DNA from: Acidithiobacillus sp.
Lineage (GTDB): Bacteria; Pseudomonadota; Gammaproteobacteria; Acidithiobacillales; Acidithiobacillaceae
Assembly: GCF_023256195.1 (NCBI RefSeq)
Contig: NZ_JAGDWX010000018.1
Coordinates: forward strand, 45,031 to 109,030
Reading direction: 5' to 3'
DNA length: 64,000 nt
Of the stretch, positions 39,706 to 50,063 are shown piece by piece. Under the pieces are notes generated by a model that searched no databases, had not been told where the DNA came from, and saw only the letters and a list, made by a program, of their open reading frames with translations. The translations under genes and the position numbers were made by a program. Position 1 is the first letter of the stretch, and the number at the start of each line of letters is the position of its first letter.

Positions 39706-41205
39706 TCAGGCGAGATCCTGGGCTTGGTGGGCCTCCAGACTCTTCTCGCTGTCGTCCACTCGGAAGATCCAGGTGGTCAGCAAGCCCAGAACACTCACCA
39801 GAATCATCAGCAACAGAACCCCAGACACCCCTACCCGCGCCTGTACGATGGGCAGTACGAACACGCCCAAAGTCGCTCCAGCCTTTGCCACGGCAGCGGC
39901 GAAGCCCGAGCCCGTCGCCCGCAATTGAGTCGGGAAGAGCTCGGCAGGCAGGACGTAGGTGGTGCTGTTGGGCCCCATATTCATGAAAAGATTGAAGGCG
40001 ATGAAGCCGACGAAGACGAGCACCATATGGGCGCCAGGACCACCCGGCAGAAGGCTGGCCACGAGCAGCACGGTCATACCGAAGGCCATACCCGCAAAAC
40101 CCACCAGCTGCATCCGGATCCGGCCAAAGCGCACCACCGCCCAGATTCCCAGCAGGAAACCCAGGAAAAGGAAAAGATCGATGAAACCACTGCCCAAGGT
40201 CAGTGCCCGGGTGCGTGCCGCCAGATCCACCGCTCCACTGCCCAGATGCATGGCCGCCAGAAGCACCGCGGTAAACATGCCCACACCGTAGGTAGCCATA
40301 TCCATCAGGAACCAGGGTAGGGCACTCAGGATCGTACGCCGCCGGTAGGCCTTGGCGAAAAGGGCGCTGAAGGGCGGGCGCTGGTCGTCCCGAGGAATAC
40401 GCGCGGCGTGCAGGCGGGTGTCGGCGAGCCGGGTCGCGGTCGCCTCCAGCATCTGCCGGTCTTCCGGCAGAATACGCATGATGGCGTGTACCGCCTCGCG
40501 GTTACGGCCCTGACTCATGAGCCAGCGCGGGCTCTCATTGAGGTGCAGGCGGGCGATGAGGAAGAAAGCGGCGAGAACCGCCTCGGCCACGAAAAAAAGA
40601 CGCCAGACATCCGCGGCAGCGTGCAGGTGCAGGAGACTCAGCACCACGAAGGCTGCCAGGATCATGCCAACGGACTGGCTGGCAATCGTGGCCACCATCA
40701 TACGGCCACGCGCGCGCTGCGGCATGGTCTCCGCCACATAGCTACTGCTCACCGGGAAATCCATGCCGATGGCCACCCCCACCAGCGCCTGCGCCAGGAT
40801 CAGCAGTACCGGATTCCAGGCCAGGGCCGCGCCCAAGGCTGCCAGGACGAGCAGAGACATGTCCAGCAGGAACACGGATTTGCGCCCGATGCGGTCGGCC
40901 AGCCGTCCGCCGCTGCTGGCCCCCAGCACCGCACCAGCCACGAGGCCGGCGCCGAGGAAAGCCAATTGCCAGGGACTGAAGGCCATCTCCCGCTGTACCA
41001 GCGGGACAGCCATACCCAACATGAATACCGACAGACCATCCAACAGGGTACCGCCAGAAGACAGCAGCCAGGCAAGATAGTGGGGCAGACGCAGCGGCGC
41101 CAGGTCCAGCAGCTGAATGAGGTTGGCGTGATCCGGATGCAGCACCACGCCGGGCGCAACCTCCGTGTGCGCCACGGCGAGGGAAGGCGTCGCCGTCGTG
41201 CTCAT
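39706..41205 (-). CDS. MFS transporter, sugar-porter-like
   Basis: 499 aa, 12 TM segments. Motif A GRLADRIGRK and the sugar-porter signature NESPRWL. Confidence 0.88.
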   Translation of the reverse strand: MSTTATPSLAVAHTEVAPGVVLHPDHANLIQLLDLAPLRLPHYLAWLLSSGGTLLDGLSVFMLGMAVPLVQREMAFSPWQLAFLGAGLVAGAVLGASSGGRLADRIGRKSVFLLDMSLLVLAALGAALAWNPVLLILAQALVGVAIGMDFPVSSSYVAETMPQRARGRMMVATIASQSVGMILAAFVVLSLLHLHAAADVWRLFFVAEAVLAAFFLIARLHLNESPRWLMSQGRNREAVHAIMRILPEDRQMLEATATRLADTRLHAARIPRDDQRPPFSALFAKAYRRRTILSALPWFLMDMATYGVGMFTAVLLAAMHLGSGAVDLAARTRALTLGSGFIDLFLFLGFLLGIWAVVRFGRIRMQLVGFAGMAFGMTVLLVASLLPGGPGAHMVLVFVGFIAFNLFMNMGPNSTTYVLPAELFPTQLRATGSGFAAAVAKAGATLGVFVLPIVQARVGVSGVLLLMILVSVLGLLTTWIFRVDDSEKSLEAHQAQDLA

Positions 41206-41579
41206 CCGCAGATCTTGCAGGGGATGTTGGCATCCTCGTCAAAACGGTAGACCGCGCACAGCCGGTGGTATCCATCGGCGATGATCAGGCGGGTGGAGCG
41301 CGGATCGCGCAGCAACAGCAGAGGCGACAGAGCGATCCCCTTGCGGATCTTCTTGACGTCCTTCTGCACGTGCGAGTTGCTCACTCCCAGCAGGGAGGAA
41401 CCCGAGGCGCGGAAGATATCCTTGGCGTAAAAGTGCGTCATATCGGCGCTGGCGAGGTCGGCAACCCACTGCGCCGCTCGCAACGGCTCAAAGAGCAGGG
41501 ACAGGTAGGAAAGTGCTGCGGGGTAGTCGTGCCCCTCCGGTTCTTCGAGCCAAATTACGGCGGACGATCTTTTGCTCAT
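41202..41579 (-). CDS. Small ParB/sulfiredoxin-fold-like hypothetical protein
   Basis: 125 aa. [34 protein letters not shown] matches the ParB/Srx DGxHR core pattern. ATGA overlap with the MFS gene start. Confidence 0.6.
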   Translation of the reverse strand: MSKRSSAVIWLEEPEGHDYPAALSYLSLLFEPLRAAQWVADLASADMTHFYAKDIFRASGSSLLGVSNSHVQKDVKKIRKGIALSPLLLLRDPRSTRLIIADGYHRLCAVYRFDEDANIPCKICG

Positions 41580-41727
41580 GCATTCCTCCCCAAGATGTGT
41601 CTTTTATGTCCCGAGGGTAACCACAGGACATTGCCAGGGCAAGTGCGGTACCCGCTGCTTTCTGCCTTCCCAATACAGCCGCTTGTGCTATGCTCATGGC
41701 AGTGGAACGCAAGAGAGAGGGAGAGCG

Positions 41728-43914
41728 ATGGCGCGTGCACCGTTGACTGAAGTCATGGACGACAATGCCAGCGCCATTCTTGAGGCTCGTCACGCTGACC
41801 CCTTCGCCTGGCTTGGCCAGCACCCACTGAACGGCGGCTATGTGCAGCGGGTCTTTCTGCCCACCGCCAGTCAGGCCGAGATCGTGCTGGCAGATGGGAG
41901 CCGGACCCTGGAGTTAGTGGATCCCGCCGGACTCTTCACGGGCCACAGCGATGCGCCCCTGCCCGTCCCCTACCTGCTGCGCTGGCAAGATCTGCGCGGT
42001 CGACACGAGCGCCACGATCCCTACACCTTTCTGCCCCAGCTATCGGATCTGGATATCCACCTCTTCAATGAGGGACGTCTCCTCGCTGCCTATGAGCACC
42101 TGGGGGCACACCGGCGCCGCATCGATGGTGTCCCGGGGGTGTGCTTCGCGGTGTGGGCGCCCAATGCCGAGCGGGTCAGCGTCGTCGGAGACTTCAACGG
42201 CTGGGACGGTCGCGCCCATCCCATGCGCTCGCGGGGGCAGAGTGGGCTCTGGGAGCTTTTCATCCCAGACCTCGACCTCGGCGAGCTCTACAAGTTCGAG
42301 CTGCGCCACCGAGAGACGGGGCGGGTTTTCACCAAGACCGATCCCTATGCCCAGGCCTTCGAGCTGCGCCCGAGCAATGCCGCCCGCGTCACCGACTCCA
42401 CTTTCCAGTGGAAGGATGCGGCCTGGCTCGAAGCCCGCAGCCAAAGCGACTGGCAGCACGCCCCCATGAGTATCTACGAGGTGCATCTGGGCTCCTGGCA
42501 ACGGGACGAAAACGGTGGCTTTCTCAATTATCGGGACCTGGCCGAGCGTCTGGTGCGCTACTGCCAAGAAATGGGCTACACCCACCTCGAACTGATGCCG
42601 GTCATGGAGCACCCTCTGGATGAGTCCTGGGGCTATCAGGTCAGCGGTTATTTCGCTCCCACCAGCCGTTTCGGCAATCCCGACGATTTCCGCTACTTCG
42701 TCGACCACTGCCATCGCCACGGCATCGGCGTGCTGCTGGACTGGGTGCCTGGCCATTTTCCCAGGGACGACTGGGGGTTGGCGCGCTTCGACGGCAGCGC
42801 CCTATACGAGCACGCCGACCCCCGAGAAGGGGAACAGAAAGACTGGGGAACCTACGTCTTCAATTTTGGCCGCAATGAGGTGCGCAGCTTCCTCCTGAGC
42901 AACGCCTGCTTCTGGGCGGATGCCTTTCACGTCGACGGCTTTCGGGTGGATGCCGTCGCCTCCCTGCTCTATCGCGATTATTCGCGCAAGGAGGGAGAGT
43001 GGATACCCAATCGCTTCGGTGGCCGCGAAAATCTCGAGGCCATCGATTTCCTTCGGGAACTGCACGTCGTCCTCAACGAGCGGTTTCCCGGCATCCTCAG
43101 TATCGCCGAGGAATCCACGGCCTGGCCCATGGTGTCCCGCCCCACCTACGTCGGCGGCCTGGGTTTTTCCATGAAGTGGAACATGGGCTGGATGCACGAC
43201 ACCCTGGCGTACCTGAGCCAGGACCCCATCTACCGACGCTATCACCAGGACAGCCTGACCTTCAGCCAGATCTACGCCTATACCGAAAACTTCGTCCTCC
43301 CCCTGTCCCACGACGAGGTGGTACACGGCAAGGGTTCGCTCCTGGACAAGATGCCCGGCGACACCTGGCAGCGCTTTGCCAATCTGCGCCTGCTGCTGTC
43401 CTATCAGTTCGCCCACCCTGGCAAGAAGCTCAACTTCATGGGCAACGACTTCGGCCAGGGCCGCGAATGGGACAGCGGCCGTAGCCTCGATTGGAATCTC
43501 TTGCAGATCGACTGGCATGCCGGTGTGCACCGCCTCTTTGCCGACCTCAATCGGCTGCACCGGGAAAGGGCTCCCTTGCACGATCAGGACTTCGTTGCTG
43601 AAGGCTTTCGTTGGATCGACTGCCACGATGCCGAGCAGTCGGTCCTGAGTTTTCTGCGATGGGATCGCCAGGGGAACTTCGTCATCGCCCTTTTCAACTT
43701 TACCCCGGTGGTACGCAGTGCCTACCGCATCGGCGTTCCGGCAGGCGGCCGCTATGCCGAAATCTTCAACAGCGACGCCGCGGTCTACGGCGGCAGCAAT
43801 GTCGGAAACTGGCCACAAGAGGCAGCGGCAACGCCCTGGATGGGCATGGAGCACAGCCTGCTGCTGACTCTGCCGCCACTGGCCGCTATTTTTCTCAGCC
43901 GTCAGGAGGAATGA
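41728..43914 (+). CDS. glgB: 1,4-alpha-glucan branching enzyme
   Basis: 728 aa from ATG 41728. GH13 motifs [27 protein letters not shown] and LSHDEV. Confidence 0.95.
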   Translation: MARAPLTEVMDDNASAILEARHADPFAWLGQHPLNGGYVQRVFLPTASQAEIVLADGSRTLELVDPAGLFTGHSDAPLPVPYLLRWQDLRGRHERHDPYTFLPQLSDLDIHLFNEGRLLAAYEHLGAHRRRIDGVPGVCFAVWAPNAERVSVVGDFNGWDGRAHPMRSRGQSGLWELFIPDLDLGELYKFELRHRETGRVFTKTDPYAQAFELRPSNAARVTDSTFQWKDAAWLEARSQSDWQHAPMSIYEVHLGSWQRDENGGFLNYRDLAERLVRYCQEMGYTHLELMPVMEHPLDESWGYQVSGYFAPTSRFGNPDDFRYFVDHCHRHGIGVLLDWVPGHFPRDDWGLARFDGSALYEHADPREGEQKDWGTYVFNFGRNEVRSFLLSNACFWADAFHVDGFRVDAVASLLYRDYSRKEGEWIPNRFGGRENLEAIDFLRELHVVLNERFPGILSIAEESTAWPMVSRPTYVGGLGFSMKWNMGWMHDTLAYLSQDPIYRRYHQDSLTFSQIYAYTENFVLPLSHDEVVHGKGSLLDKMPGDTWQRFANLRLLLSYQFAHPGKKLNFMGNDFGQGREWDSGRSLDWNLLQIDWHAGVHRLFADLNRLHRERAPLHDQDFVAEGFRWIDCHDAEQSVLSFLRWDRQGNFVIALFNFTPVVRSAYRIGVPAGGRYAEIFNSDAAVYGGSNVGNWPQEAAATPWMGMEHSLLLTLPPLAAIFLSRQEE

Positions 43915-43918
43915 GGCG

Positions 43919-44362
43919 ATGGCGGCCATCTACCTGCTGATAGCCTTCGTCGCGGGCGTGGCCGAGCTCTTCACCGGTACCTTCTATTTGGCGGCCGTCG
44001 CCTTGGCGGCCTTGATCACCTTGGGCGCCAGCGCCATCGTCCCTCCCGCCCTGCTTCACTGGGTCTTTCTCCTCGCCTGCCTGTTCACCATCCCCGCGAC
44101 CATGGTCCTGCGTCATCGCCTGGCACGCAAGGCCACGGGCATCGACGACATGGACCTCGGCCAGACCGTAGCCGTGCTCGCCGGCCCCGACGCTCAGCAA
44201 CGCTATCGCGTGCAGTACCGCGGCAGCGAATGGATGGCGGAGCTGGAATCGGGTAGCGCCTGCCCCGGAGATCGCGCGGTCATCGTTGGTAAGGAAGGCA
44301 ACATCCTCAAGCTCGCCGTGTCTGACCCACCACTCCAGGAGCCTCTATGCCCGCCTCACTGA
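43919..44362 (+). CDS. NfeD-family membrane protein
   Basis: 147 aa, N-terminal TM segments and a C-terminal OB-like tail (YRVQYRGSEWMAELESG...VIVGKEGNILKL). Precedes and overlaps the SPFH gene. Confidence 0.8.
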   Translation: MAAIYLLIAFVAGVAELFTGTFYLAAVALAALITLGASAIVPPALLHWVFLLACLFTIPATMVLRHRLARKATGIDDMDLGQTVAVLAGPDAQQRYRVQYRGSEWMAELESGSACPGDRAVIVGKEGNILKLAVSDPPLQEPLCPPH

Positions 44363-45291
44363 TCGTCATTCTGGTCGTCCTGTTCGCCGCCTTTCTCCTG
44401 CTGCGCGCCATCATCAAGGTCGTTCCACAACAGCGGGCCTGGGTGGTGGAGCGTCTCGGCCGCTATCATCGGGTTCTGGGACCCGGCCTGAATCTCATCT
44501 TTCCCTTCCTCGACCGCATTGCCTTTCGCTTCGACATGCGCGAAGTCCCCATGGAGGTGCCGCCCCAGGTCTGCATCTCCTTCGACAACACCACCATGAC
44601 CGTAGACGGTGTCCTCTACATCCAGATCACGGATCCCGTGAAGGCCGCCTACGGTTCCAGCAATCCCTATACGGCGGTGATACAGCTCGCCCAAACCAGC
44701 ATGCGTTCGGAAATCGGCAAGTTGCACCTGGATCAGGCCCTCTCCTCGCGCCAACTCCTCAATACCGCCGTCGCCAATGCCGTGGATGAGGCCGCCCTGA
44801 ATTGGGGCGTCAAGGTTTTACGTTACGAAATCAAAGACATCACGCCGCCCGCGGAGATCATCCGCGCGATGGAACTGCAGATTACCGCCGAGCGCGAAAA
44901 ACGTGCGGTGATCGCCAAGTCCGAAGGTCAGCGGCAGATGCAGATCAATACCTCCGAAGGTCAACGCCAGCAGGAAATCAACATTGCCGACGGACGCAAA
45001 CAGGCGGAAATCCTGCGCGCCGAGGGCGAGGCCAAGGCCATTCAGCTGGTCGCTCAGGCCACCGCGGAGGCCATTGGCGTCATCGGTGCCTCGGTGGAGC
45101 AACCGGGCGGCATAGAGGCCCTGCAGATGCAACTGGCCAAGGACTATATCGAAAAATGGGGCAACCTGGCCAAGGCCGGTACCTCCCTCGTCATCCCCTC
45201 GGACATGGGCAATGTGGGCTCTCTGGTGGCCACCGCCCTGTCCATCGTGCAAGCCAAGAATCGCGCCGACAGCGCGGCGACAAAGTCCTGA
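44347..45291 (+). CDS. SPFH/band-7 (stomatin-like, QmcA-type) protein
   Basis: 314 aa. N-terminal TM segment, PHB domain (VVPQQRAWVVERLGRYH...) and an Ala/Glu-rich coiled coil. Confidence 0.9.
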   Translation: MPASLIVILVVLFAAFLLLRAIIKVVPQQRAWVVERLGRYHRVLGPGLNLIFPFLDRIAFRFDMREVPMEVPPQVCISFDNTTMTVDGVLYIQITDPVKAAYGSSNPYTAVIQLAQTSMRSEIGKLHLDQALSSRQLLNTAVANAVDEAALNWGVKVLRYEIKDITPPAEIIRAMELQITAEREKRAVIAKSEGQRQMQINTSEGQRQQEINIADGRKQAEILRAEGEAKAIQLVAQATAEAIGVIGASVEQPGGIEALQMQLAKDYIEKWGNLAKAGTSLVIPSDMGNVGSLVATALSIVQAKNRADSAATKS

Positions 45292-45320
45292 GGGCGTGCA
45301 GCGACTGGACACACAAGAAA

Positions 45321-45343
45321 GGGCCACCGGAATCCGGTGGCCC
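45321..45343. terminator. Perfect 10-bp hairpin between convergent genes (likely the prk terminator)
   Basis: GGGCCACCGG aat CCGGTGGCCC. On the minus strand it is followed by TTTCTT. Confidence 0.6.
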
Positions 45344-45394
45344 CGCCGAGCCTGGAGTCCAAACGCCCGTTTGCAGGCGCCGGCTCGTGCCAGC

Positions 45395-46267
45395 TCAGAT
45401 GGCCATGCCCTTCTCCTCCATCATCCGCTCGATGCGCGGCCCGAGAATGAGCTCCATGGCATAACCCATCTTGGTGCCGGGCACGACGATGGTATTGGTA
45501 CGGGACATGAAACTCCCCGGGATCATCTGCAGAAGATAGGGGAAGTTCTCGTCCCGACGGTTGGCAAAACGGATGACGACCATGCTCTCATCGGGCGTCG
45601 GGATGTCCCGGGCAATGAAAGGATTGGAAGTATCCACCATGGGCACCCGCTGGAAATTGATGTGGGTCCGGCTGAACTGCGGCGTGATGTAGTGGATATA
45701 GTCGGGCATGCGCCGCAGGATGGTGTCGACGATGGCCTCGGCAGAATAACCACGCTGGGCATTGTCGCGGTGGATCTTCTGAATCCACTCGAGGTTGACG
45801 ACAGGGACGACGCCCACCAGCAGGTCGACGTAGTTGGCAACGTCGTGCTCCTCGGTCTTCACACCGCCGTGCAGCCCCTCGTAGAAGAGCAGATCGGTTT
45901 TTTCCGGAATCGGCTGCCAGGGGGTGAAGGTGCCCGGCGCGCTCCCACGCAACTCCGCTTCTTCCTCATCGTGCACGTAATAACGCATACGACCGGTGCC
46001 CGTTTCGCCGTACTCCCGGAAGAGATCCTCCAAAGCGCCGAAATCATTGCCTTCGGGACCGAAATGGCTGATGGTCTTACCCTCCGCCTGAGCCTTGGCA
46101 ATGGCCTCCCGCATTTCTGCCCGGTTGTAGCGGTGAAAGCTGTCCCCCTCGATGACGACGGGGTTGATCTTCAGACGCCGGAAGATATCGTGAAAGGCAT
46201 GTTTCACCGTGGTAGTACCGGCTCCCGAGGAACCTGTAACCGCGACGACGGGATGCTTCTTGGACAT
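45395..46267 (-). CDS. prk: Phosphoribulokinase
   Basis: 290 aa. Walker A VTGSSGAGTTT and bacterial class I PRK length and sequence. Confidence 0.93.
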   Translation of the reverse strand: MSKKHPVVAVTGSSGAGTTTVKHAFHDIFRRLKINPVVIEGDSFHRYNRAEMREAIAKAQAEGKTISHFGPEGNDFGALEDLFREYGETGTGRMRYYVHDEEEAELRGSAPGTFTPWQPIPEKTDLLFYEGLHGGVKTEEHDVANYVDLLVGVVPVVNLEWIQKIHRDNAQRGYSAEAIVDTILRRMPDYIHYITPQFSRTHINFQRVPMVDTSNPFIARDIPTPDESMVVIRFANRRDENFPYLLQMIPGSFMSRTNTIVVPGTKMGYAMELILGPRIERMMEEKGMAI

Positions 46268-46359
46268 GGAGGAACTCCTTTGAGGTTAGAAAACCGGGGG
46301 CAATGGCGACACCTCCCGCCTGCTCTTTGCAGGGGAGTGTACCATCCGCATGCGGGCCC

Positions 46360-47190
46360 TCAAAGACCGAGATTTCGGGCAATGGCGAGGGTGGCTTCGG
46401 CCTGGTTGAGGGTATAGAAGTGCAAGCCCGGCGCTCCCTGATCCAGCAGCAGGCGACACTGGCGACTGGCCACCTCGATGGCAAGCTCCGCCTGCGCCCG
46501 CGGATCATCGGCAAAGCTCTCCATGCGCCGACGCAGGAACTGCGGGATCTCGGCACCGCATTGGGCCGAAAAGTTGGCGATCTGCGCATAGTTGGTCATG
46601 GGCATGACGCCGACGGTGATGGGCACCTCGATGCCGCGCCTGGCGAGGTCGTCGCGCAGCTGTAGATAGGCATCCGGATTGTAGAAATACTGGGTGATGA
46701 GGCCACTGGCTCCGGCCTCGACCTTCCCTTGCAGGTAATCGAGATCGGCGCGCGCATCGGCTGCTCGGGGATGAAACTCCGGGTAAGCCGCCGCAAAGAT
46801 CTCAAAGCCGCCGTAATCGCGAATGTAGGCGATGAGATCCAGGGCCTGGCGGAAAAAACCGGGGTCTTCCCGATCGGGCGGCAGATCGCCGCGCAGGGCG
46901 ACGATACGGCGGATGCCCTCGCTCCGATAATGATCCAGGAGCGTCCGGATGCCCACTTCCGTGGAGCCGATACAGGTGAGGTGCGGTACGGCCTCCAGAT
47001 CCGTATCCCGGGCGAGCATGGTGACCGTCGCCAGGGTTCGCTCCTGGGTAGAGCCGGCCGCGCCGTAGGTGACCGAGGCGTAGTCGGGGTGCAGCACCCG
47101 CAAAGCCCCGATGGTCTCCCGCAGCTTTTCCTCACCCGCCGGATTTTTCGGTGGAAAGAACTCCACCGAAAATTCGCAACGGGCAGCCAT
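46360..47190 (-). CDS. metF: 5,10-methylenetetrahydrofolate reductase
   Basis: 276 aa. SVEFFPPK N-terminal motif. The start shares one nt with the ahcY stop. Confidence 0.92.
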   Translation of the reverse strand: MAARCEFSVEFFPPKNPAGEEKLRETIGALRVLHPDYASVTYGAAGSTQERTLATVTMLARDTDLEAVPHLTCIGSTEVGIRTLLDHYRSEGIRRIVALRGDLPPDREDPGFFRQALDLIAYIRDYGGFEIFAAAYPEFHPRAADARADLDYLQGKVEAGASGLITQYFYNPDAYLQLRDDLARRGIEVPITVGVMPMTNYAQIANFSAQCGAEIPQFLRRRMESFADDPRAQAELAIEVASRQCRLLLDQGAPGLHFYTLNQAEATLAIARNLGL

Positions 47191-48596
47191 CAGTAGCGGT
47201 ACGCGTCGTTCTTGTAGGGGCCGTCCACGGGCACCCCCAAGTAGCGGGCCTGCGCCTCCGTCATCCGGGTGATGACCCCGGCAAAGCCTTCCACCATATA
47301 GCGGGCCACTTCTTCGTCCAGGCTCTTGGGCAGCACCTTCACGGTGATGGCCTTGGCCTTCTCTGCCTCTGGCAGGTGGGCAAAACCGGCGGAGTAGAGG
47401 TGCATCTGCGCCAACACCTGGTTGGCGAAGGAGCCGTCCATGATGCGGCTGGGGTGGCCGGTGGCGTTGCCGAGATTCACCAGACGCCCCTCGGAGAGCA
47501 GGATCAGATAGTCGTCGTCGGCCAGATCCGGCTTGCTGCCTGCGGGAGTCTGTCGATAGACCTTGTGCACCTGCGGCTTGACCTCTTCCCAGGCCCAGTG
47601 CTTGCGCATGAAGGCGGTATCGATCTCGTTGTCGAAGTGACCGATGTTACAGACCACGGCCCCTTTCTTGAGTGCCTTGAGCACCTCGGCATCGCAGACA
47701 TTGAGATTGCCCGTGGCCGTGACCAGCAGGTCGATCTGTCCCAGCAGGGCACGGTCGATGCACTGGGGGGTACCGTCGTTGATCCCACCGAGGTAAGGCG
47801 AGACGACCTCGTAACCATCCATGCAGGCCTGCATGGCGCAGATGGGATCCACCTCCGTCACCCGCACGATCATGCCTTCCTGCCGCAGCGATGCCGCCGA
47901 GCCCTTGCCCACGTCACCGTAACCCATGACCAGAGCGCGCTTGCCCGAGAGGAGGTGATCCGTAGCCCGCTTGACGGCATCGTTGAGGGAGTGCCGACAA
48001 CCGTACTTGTTGTCGTTCTTGCTCTTGGTCACCGAGTCGTTGACGTTGATGGCGGGAATGCGCAGCTTGCCTTCCTTGAGCATCTCCCAGAGTCGGTGGA
48101 CGCCGGTGGTGGTCTCCTCCGAGACACCGTGGATATCCCGCAGCAGCTCCGGATACTTCTCGTGCAGCAGGCCGGTGAGATCGCCGCCATCGTCCAGAAT
48201 CATGTTGGGACGCCAGCCGTTCGGCCCCTGGATGGTCTGCTCCACGCACCACCAGTATTCCTCATCGGTCTCGCCTTTCCAGGCGAAGACCGGGATACCG
48301 GTGGCCGCGATGGCCGCCGCCGCCTGATCCTGGGTCGAAAAGATGTTGCAGGAGGACCAGCGCACCTCGGCACCCAGCGCAACCAGGGTTTCGATGAGTA
48401 CGGCGGTCTGGATGGTCATGTGGATGCAACCGGCGATACGAGCGCCCTTGAGGGGCTGCTCCGCTTGATACTTGCGCCGGATGGTCATGAGCGCCGGCAT
48501 TTCCGTCTCGGCAATGGCGATTTCCTGACGGCCCCAGTGGGCCAGGGAAATGTCGGCAACCTTGTAGTCTTCGTGTGTCTGCAGCACAGCATTCAT
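47190..48596 (-). CDS. ahcY: Adenosylhomocysteinase
   Basis: 468 aa from ATG 48596. NAD motif [12 protein letters not shown] and a highly conserved SAHH sequence throughout. Confidence 0.95.
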   Translation of the reverse strand: MNAVLQTHEDYKVADISLAHWGRQEIAIAETEMPALMTIRRKYQAEQPLKGARIAGCIHMTIQTAVLIETLVALGAEVRWSSCNIFSTQDQAAAAIAATGIPVFAWKGETDEEYWWCVEQTIQGPNGWRPNMILDDGGDLTGLLHEKYPELLRDIHGVSEETTTGVHRLWEMLKEGKLRIPAINVNDSVTKSKNDNKYGCRHSLNDAVKRATDHLLSGKRALVMGYGDVGKGSAASLRQEGMIVRVTEVDPICAMQACMDGYEVVSPYLGGINDGTPQCIDRALLGQIDLLVTATGNLNVCDAEVLKALKKGAVVCNIGHFDNEIDTAFMRKHWAWEEVKPQVHKVYRQTPAGSKPDLADDDYLILLSEGRLVNLGNATGHPSRIMDGSFANQVLAQMHLYSAGFAHLPEAEKAKAITVKVLPKSLDEEVARYMVEGFAGVITRMTEAQARYLGVPVDGPYKNDAYRY

Positions 48597-48620
48597 GGTC
48601 GATATCCTCTGGTCATGAAA

Positions 48621-48715
48621 GCGAGCGCCGTTGGAAGGAAAGACCGGGTCGAGCCTGACTTCACCGAACACCTCCCCGCTACGGAAAGGTGGACGAAGCT
48701 GCAGCGCCCCTCGAC
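48621..48715 (-). promoter_or_regulatory. SAH riboswitch (S-adenosylhomocysteine-sensing) in the ahcY leader
   Basis: Minus strand reads GUCGAGGGGCGCUGCAGC...GUCAGGCUCGAC...CCAACGGCGCUCGC. It has P1 GUCGAG/CUCGAC, and GGCGC recurs in the conserved AACGGCGCUC element. This matches the SAH element known upstream of ahcY/metH in beta/gamma-proteobacteria. Confidence 0.7.
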
Positions 48716-48719
48716 CACG

Positions 48720-48745
48720 GTGGCGGGTGGGCCGCGACCCACCAC
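48720..48745 (-). terminator. Strong hairpin just after the metK stop (no U tract)
   Basis: GUGGUGGGU CGCGGC... forms a 9-10 bp GC-rich stem (one G-U pair). It lies 6 nt after the metK TAA and abuts P1 of the riboswitch. Confidence 0.3.
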
Positions 48746-48751
48746 ACCTTT

Positions 48752-49921
48752 TTACCTCAGGCCGGCGGCCTCCCGCAAGCTGGCCGCCCGGTCGGTACGT
48801 TCCCAGGTGAACTCCGGCTCCTCCCGACCGAAATGGCCGTAGGCCGCGGTCTTGCTGTAGATGGGGCGGAGCAGGTTGAGCATCTGGATGATGCCCTTGG
48901 GCCGCAGATCAAAGTGCTCGCGCACCAGCTTCGCGATCCGATCGTCGTCGATGACCCCCGTGCCGAAGGTGTCTACCATCAGACTGACGGGTTGGGAGAT
49001 GCCGATGGCGTAGGCGATCTGCACTTCGCAGCGCTTGGCCAGACCCGCAGCAACGATGTTCTTGGCCACGTAGCGACCGGCGTAGGACGACGAACGATCG
49101 ACCTTGGACGGGTCCTTGCCGGAGAAGGCGCCGCCGCCATGGCTGCCCTGGCCACCGTAGGTATCGACGATGATCTTGCGCCCGGTCAGGCCACAGTCGC
49201 CCACCGGCCCACCGATGACGAAGCGACCCGTGGGGTTGATGAAGTACTTGGTGTCCTTGTGCAGCATCTCCGGCGGCAGGACCGGTTTGATGATCTCCTC
49301 GCGCACCGCCTCCACCAAGTCGCCGTGGCTGATCTCCGGGCTATGCTGGGTCGAGAGGACCACGGCGTCGATGGCCACCGGGCGCGAGCCCTCGTAGCGC
49401 ACCGTCACCTGACTCTTGGCATCGGGACGCAGCCAGGGCAGACGTCCGTCTTTACGCACCAGGGCCTGCCGCTCCGTGAGGCGGTGCGCGAAGTAGATGG
49501 GCGTGGGCATGAGCACGTCCGTTTCGTCGCAGGCGTAGCCGAACATCAGGCCCTGATCGCCGGCGCCCTGATCCAGATCCAGACCGCGCCCCTCGTCCAC
49601 ACCCTGGGCGATATCCGGCGATTGCTTGCCCAAGGTCTGCACCACCGCGCAGGAAGCCCAGTCGAAACCCATCTCGGAGGAGTCGTAACCGATTCGGCGC
49701 ACCGTCTGCCGGGCGATGTCGGAATAGTCGAGCTGGGCGGTCGTGGTGATTTCGCCGGCCAGAACGATAAGGCCGGTGGTGATGAGGGTCTCTGCCGCCA
49801 CCCGTCCGTAGGGATCCTGGGTCAGGATGGCATCGAGGATGGCGTCGGATATCTGGTCCGCGACCTTGTCGGGATGGCCCTCGGAGACGGATTCGGAGGT
49901 GAAGAGATAGTTTTTGGACAT
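48752..49921 (-). CDS. metK: S-adenosylmethionine synthetase
   Basis: 389 aa. [12 protein letters not shown] and [16 protein letters not shown] signatures. Confidence 0.96.
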   Translation of the reverse strand: MSKNYLFTSESVSEGHPDKVADQISDAILDAILTQDPYGRVAAETLITTGLIVLAGEITTTAQLDYSDIARQTVRRIGYDSSEMGFDWASCAVVQTLGKQSPDIAQGVDEGRGLDLDQGAGDQGLMFGYACDETDVLMPTPIYFAHRLTERQALVRKDGRLPWLRPDAKSQVTVRYEGSRPVAIDAVVLSTQHSPEISHGDLVEAVREEIIKPVLPPEMLHKDTKYFINPTGRFVIGGPVGDCGLTGRKIIVDTYGGQGSHGGGAFSGKDPSKVDRSSSYAGRYVAKNIVAAGLAKRCEVQIAYAIGISQPVSLMVDTFGTGVIDDDRIAKLVREHFDLRPKGIIQMLNLLRPIYSKTAAYGHFGREEPEFTWERTDRAASLREAAGLR

Positions 49922-50063
49922 GCAGAGATCCTCGCGCAGTAGCCTTTCACGGCACAGGTGAACGGACGCGATGATAGCAGAGGATACGGGTACGACGAAG
50001 TGAAAGGCGCTCAGGCAGGCGGCAAACGGGCTTCACAGAGGATCGGGCGATCCTGCCGCAAGG

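Noticed and set aside
47151-48842. 563-aa ORF on the plus strand
   Set aside because: It is antisense to the highly conserved ahcY. No recognisable domain and a composition typical of a shadow ORF.
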